From: Candidatus Zixiibacteriota bacterium
GTDB taxonomy: Bacteria; Zixibacteria; MSB-5A5; UBA10806; 4484-95
DNA: 41,943 nucleotides
Direction: 5' to 3'
Assembly (NCBI GenBank): GCA_029932605.1
Contig: JAOZPT010000017.1
Span: 1 to 41,943, forward strand
Part shown: positions 38,316-41,943 of the stretch, one piece after another
Position numbering within the stretch: the first letter of the stretch is position 1
How the letters are laid out: every line of letters starts with the position of its first letter
Made by a program: the position numbers and the translations under genes
The notes under the pieces: generated by a model
What the model was told of the DNA's origin: nothing
What the model saw: the letters and a program-made list of their open reading frames with translations, nothing else
The model's database searches: none

Positions 38316-39659
38316 ATGAAGATACTGTTAATCGATGATGAAAAAAATATATTGGACTCTGTAGGCGATGCTCTTAAGCGGTTGGGTTATGATGTCATCA
38401 CCTCAGCCAGCTATCACGAAGCGTTAGGTCGATGCGATGACTCAGTCGATGTCGCCTTAATCGACGTCTGGTTGCCCGATGGCGATGGCGTGGAGCTTTT
38501 GAAAAAGTTTAAAAGCAATTATCCCAACCTTGTAGTCATCATGATCTCAGGCCATTCGACAATCGCCACTGCCGTTGAGGCTGTCAAACATGGTGCTTAT
38601 GATTTTCTGGAAAAACCGTTATCCCTGGACAAACTTGAGATCCTTCTTCAGAATATCAATGAGTTTATCTCGTTGAAAAAGCAAAGGGATAACCTTTTAA
38701 ACATACTGGAGGGAGAATACAGGCTGATAGGACAATCAAAGGCAATCGAACACCTTCTTAAGACGATTAAGAAATATGCCCCTGAGGAAGCACCGGTATT
38801 GATAAGCGGAGAAAGTGGTACGGGCAAAGAGCTTGTCGCCCGCTTAATCCACCAGAATTCCCATCGTAAAAACGGCCCATTCGTGGCCGTCAACTGTGCC
38901 GCTTTGCCTAACGAACTGGCCGAGGCTGAGCTTTTCGGTTTCGAGAAAGGAGCCTTTACAGGCGCTGTCCATTCCCGTCAGGGACGTTTCCGTCGTGCCT
39001 CAGGAGGAGTACTATTCTTAGATGAAATAAGCGAGACATCATCGTCACTGCAGGCAAAACTGTTGCGTGTAATCGAGGAGAAAAAGGTAACGCCCCTCGG
39101 TGGTAAAAACGAACTCGACATAGATGTCAGGATAATAGCTGCCTCAAATAAAGACCTCAATAATGAAGTAAAAAATAACCGTTTCAGACAGGACCTGTTT
39201 TTCAGACTGAATGTTCTGCCGATTATCGTGCCTCCTTTAAGAGAAAGAAGCGACGACATAAAAATACTGGTTGACTATTTCTGTGAAAAATATGCAAACA
39301 GATCCAATAAGAAATTGCACAAACTCTCCCCATCAGCGATTTCATATCTTGAAAGTTTGAACTATCCGGGGAATATCCGGGAATTGAAAAACTATGTTGA
39401 ACGGATATTGATACTTTCTGAAAACAACGTCATTAACGTTGATGAGGTAAGAGAGATTTTAGCACCGGTGGTACAAGACAGCCTAAACCATAGAAGCACC
39501 TTAAAACACGCTTTAGAGGAGTTTGAGCGAGAGTTTATACTTAACGTGATTAAAGGTGCCGATGGCAATATGGCACGAGCGGCCAGGTCATTGGGAATCG
39601 AAAGAAGCCATCTTTATAAGAAACTAAAGTCGCTGGGAATAGAACGAGATAATGTCTGA
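38316..39659 (+). CDS. Sigma54-dependent response regulator (NtrC/NtrX-like)
   Basis: Receiver DDE...DVWLP...KP; GESGTGKE, GAFTGA, LFLDEI, FRQDLFFRL; Fis-type HTH. Confidence 0.95.
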   Translation: MKILLIDDEKNILDSVGDALKRLGYDVITSASYHEALGRCDDSVDVALIDVWLPDGDGVELLKKFKSNYPNLVVIMISGHSTIATAVEAVKHGAYDFLEKPLSLDKLEILLQNINEFISLKKQRDNLLNILEGEYRLIGQSKAIEHLLKTIKKYAPEEAPVLISGESGTGKELVARLIHQNSHRKNGPFVAVNCAALPNELAEAELFGFEKGAFTGAVHSRQGRFRRASGGVLFLDEISETSSSLQAKLLRVIEEKKVTPLGGKNELDIDVRIIAASNKDLNNEVKNNRFRQDLFFRLNVLPIIVPPLRERSDDIKILVDYFCEKYANRSNKKLHKLSPSAISYLESLNYPGNIRELKNYVERILILSENNVINVDEVREILAPVVQDSLNHRSTLKHALEEFEREFILNVIKGADGNMARAARSLGIERSHLYKKLKSLGIERDNV

Positions 39660-39811
39660 TAACATCAAAATAGATATACTCCTGAAACAACCATCAACCA
39701 TAATATATCACAAAAAACAAGCCCGGCTTTTTTAAATCTTGAGAACTTCGGGTAAGTGTATCAAATGATTTATCTTGACATATTGAAAGATAATAATAAT
39801 TTGTTTTTTTT

Positions 39812-40411
39812 ATGACGGCTGTCGATGCCCCACTGGTGAAGGTTTCAGCTATTTTGGGGCTTGGCAACCCCGGCCAGCGTTATGCGAGAAACCGGCATAA
39901 TTTCGGCTACATGGTTTTAGACCGTCTTGCTCTTTTAAAAAAAGAAGAATTTGTTCAAGGTGACGGCCCGTTCGTGTTCTGCAAAACCCATCTTGGCTCA
40001 GGCGATCTGATTTTGTGTAAACCTACTACTTTTATGAACGACGTCGGCAGAGCGGCATTTGACATTTGTGAACGCTTCGGTATATCTGCCAGGGAAATAA
40101 TGGTTGTCTCCGACGATTGCAATTTACCTTTGGGAAAAATCCGTTTCAGAAAGCGGGGGTCCGATGGCGGCCACAAAGGATTGCATTCCATTATTTGCCA
40201 CCTGCAAAGCCGGGAGTTTCCCCGTTTACGTCTTGGAATATGGCATCCACCTCCCGGTGAGCCGCTTGAGGAATATGTCCTGGCGAACTTCAATAGGAAG
40301 GAACTTAAAACCGTTACTAAAGTAATCATCACCGCCACCGATTTCATCGAGAAACTGGCAGTTGATGGTTTGGATAAAAACTCCGTTACCGTTACGGTAG
40401 CTGAGGAGTAA
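39812..40411 (+). CDS. pth: Peptidyl-tRNA hydrolase
   Basis: GLGNPG..Y..NRHN.G, KPTTFMN, DD..LP.G..R, GGHKG, RLRLGI. Confidence 0.95.
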   Translation: MTAVDAPLVKVSAILGLGNPGQRYARNRHNFGYMVLDRLALLKKEEFVQGDGPFVFCKTHLGSGDLILCKPTTFMNDVGRAAFDICERFGISAREIMVVSDDCNLPLGKIRFRKRGSDGGHKGLHSIICHLQSREFPRLRLGIWHPPPGEPLEEYVLANFNRKELKTVTKVIITATDFIEKLAVDGLDKNSVTVTVAEE

Positions 40412-40428
40412 AACTATAGTAAAAACAT

Positions 40429-40473
40429 GTCTCCCTACTCCGGTAGAGGGGTCAAATTGTCCAAAGGGAGGAC
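40429..40473 (+). promoter_or_regulatory. Candidate S6:S18 ribosomal-protein leader
   Basis: CTCCCT (40431-40436) can pair with the AGGGAG RBS (40465-40470) or form CCCTAC/GTAGAGGG; directly 5' of rpsF. Confidence 0.5.
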
Positions 40474-40475
40474 TG

Positions 40476-40823
40476 ATGAGAACCTACGAGCTTACGTTTA
40501 TTCTAAACCCGAATTTAGATGAAGAAACGGTATCGGCAGAGATTAAAAAAATAGAGGACCAGATTAAGTCATTAAACGGTAAAGTGCTTGAAATACAGCC
40601 ACTTGGCCTAAGGTCTTTAACCTATGAAATAAAAAAACACCGTCAGGGTAACTATATTACTATTTATTATGAGGCTGAACCCGGTGTTTCTACCCAAATT
40701 GAAAATACCATGAAACTCAATGAATCTATTTTAAGATTCTTAACAATAGTCCTGCGTCCATCGGAATATACACGAAAAGAAAAAGAAGAAAAAGAAACAC
40801 CCCAACCGGAGAGTTCGGAATGA
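40476..40823 (+). CDS. rpsF: 30S ribosomal protein S6
   Basis: MRTYEL.FILNP, G.R.L.YEIKK...G.Y, ILRFL. Confidence 0.96.
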   Translation: MRTYELTFILNPNLDEETVSAEIKKIEDQIKSLNGKVLEIQPLGLRSLTYEIKKHRQGNYITIYYEAEPGVSTQIENTMKLNESILRFLTIVLRPSEYTRKEKEEKETPQPESSE

Positions 40824-40989
40824 TGCAGGTTTATTGCAACATTACATTGCCTTTATAATTTTCAATTAAATCAAATATTAACAAATAGGATTTGAGATGA
40901 TATTTATGTTACGAGGGAACTTAAATGTAGGAACGAGCTTTCAAGATATGAGAATATCGAGGTTTACGGATAGGTAGGAGGAATTGTAA

Positions 40990-41214
40990 GTGGATAGAAC
41001 GAAAAGGAAAACATGTCGTTTTTGCGAAGCCCGTGTTAAAAGAATCGACTATCGTGATGATAGAACATTGAGAAGGTTTATGAATGAAAGGGGAAAAATC
41101 ATTCCCGCCAGAGTGAGTGGTGTATGTTCTAAACACCAGAGATGGCTTTCCAGAGCGATAAGACGGGGCCGGATAATGGCTCTTTTACCATTTAAGCCGC
41201 GTACATTCAGTTAA
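40990..41214 (+). CDS. rpsR: 30S ribosomal protein S18 (Zn-binding form)
   Basis: CRFC, IDYRD, ERGKIIP.R.SG.C.KHQR, ALLPF; AGGAGG RBS before GTG. Confidence 0.96.
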   Translation: MDRTKRKTCRFCEARVKRIDYRDDRTLRRFMNERGKIIPARVSGVCSKHQRWLSRAIRRGRIMALLPFKPRTFS

Positions 41215-41216
41215 AT

Positions 41217-41943
41217 GTGAATACGCAGAACCCATCAAAAAATCGTTGGCCTAAATCAGACCGGACGGGGTTATGGTTATTAAGCTTGGCAATAGTATTA
41301 GCTGGCCCAACGATGGGCTTGGCTATGTTAAATGTAGTTTTTCTCCTTGTAGCGTTGGTCGCTCTTATTGTCCTGATCGTACGTTTCGGATACCCTTCCG
41401 CCCTCCTGGCTTGTCTTTGCGCACTTATAATCTGTTCTTTAGCCTACGGTGTTTACATGGCATCAGCATTGTTGCTTTTGTTAATTTTCCCGGGAATCAT
41501 TATGGGTTACAAGGCAAGAATATTCAGTTCTCCTCATGAGGTTTTGTTGTGGGGTATGGTGCCTTATATGTTACCAATGATCTTTTTGATTTCGCTTTAT
41601 CCCGATCTCGCCTCCCAGTTGCCTTCCATAGTTGAAACGATGAAAAGCCAATTAGCCGAAAATAATAATATCTTGAGTCTGAGTATCGCTAATAATCAGC
41701 AGATATTCTCATCGTTAGAAGCCGTTGTTTATTGGACAATTCGCCTGGCCCCCGGGATTTTCTTTACGTTATTTACAGCTATGGTAGTATTTTCATATCT
41801 TGGTGCCACTTATATTGCCCCCTATTTTGGAGGAATACTTCCAAGGTTCAAACCGGTTTTTTTATGGAAAGCAAGTGAGTTATGGTGGATACCATTGGGG
41901 GTATCGCTGTTATTTGTTCTTTTGGGAGGTCATTGGTTTAAAG
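41217..41943 (+). CDS. DUF2232/YybS-like membrane protein, runs off the window
   Basis: Hand translation from GTG 41217 (MNTQNPSKNRWPKSDRTGLWLLSLAIV...) is open to the window end with many TM segments; usual position after rpsR. Confidence 0.78.
   Translation, partial: MNTQNPSKNRWPKSDRTGLWLLSLAIVLAGPTMGLAMLNVVFLLVALVALIVLIVRFGYPSALLACLCALIICSLAYGVYMASALLLLLIFPGIIMGYKARIFSSPHEVLLWGMVPYMLPMIFLISLYPDLASQLPSIVETMKSQLAENNNILSLSIANNQQIFSSLEAVVYWTIRLAPGIFFTLFTAMVVFSYLGATYIAPYFGGILPRFKPVFLWKASELWWIPLGVSLLFVLLGGHWFK

Noticed and set aside
39712..39733. Terminator after the response regulator (AAGCCCGGCTTTTTT)
   Set aside because: The stem is too short once a 3-nt loop is allowed.
41273..41539. 88-aa ORF after rpsR
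   Set aside because: Alternative frame of the longer membrane-protein ORF starting at 41217.

Overview
Mostly core chromosome of an AT-rich diderm bacterium. A T9SS-type C-terminal sorting domain, many lipoproteins and the rpsF-rpsR-DUF2232 order suggest FCB group, possibly Zixibacteria-like (inference). Housekeeping genes: gyrB, dciA, PEP carboxykinase, ilvC-like, gatC, SurA/PpiD, dnaE, Slt-like, pth, rpsF, rpsR. Points worth follow-up: (1) an intact RAYT transposase bracketed by an inverted pair of non-GTAG hairpins with compensatory changes, plus several REP classes elsewhere, one inside a 9-bp direct repeat; (2) an orphan DprA/SLOG-like plus ART/AbiGi-like fusion; (3) a permease-less SBP-kinase-sigma54 activator operon facing a divergent gene with a readable -24/-12, IHF and UAS layout; (4) an orphan KARI with substituted active-site residues; (5) a four-gene small-protein cluster, including an unlisted 50-aa Zn ribbon, behind an RBS-sequestering hairpin; (6) seven apparently leaderless transcription units; (7) an IS3-like end relic. 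No tRNA, rRNA or CRISPR array was seen. All family calls come from motif recognition by eye, not database searches.
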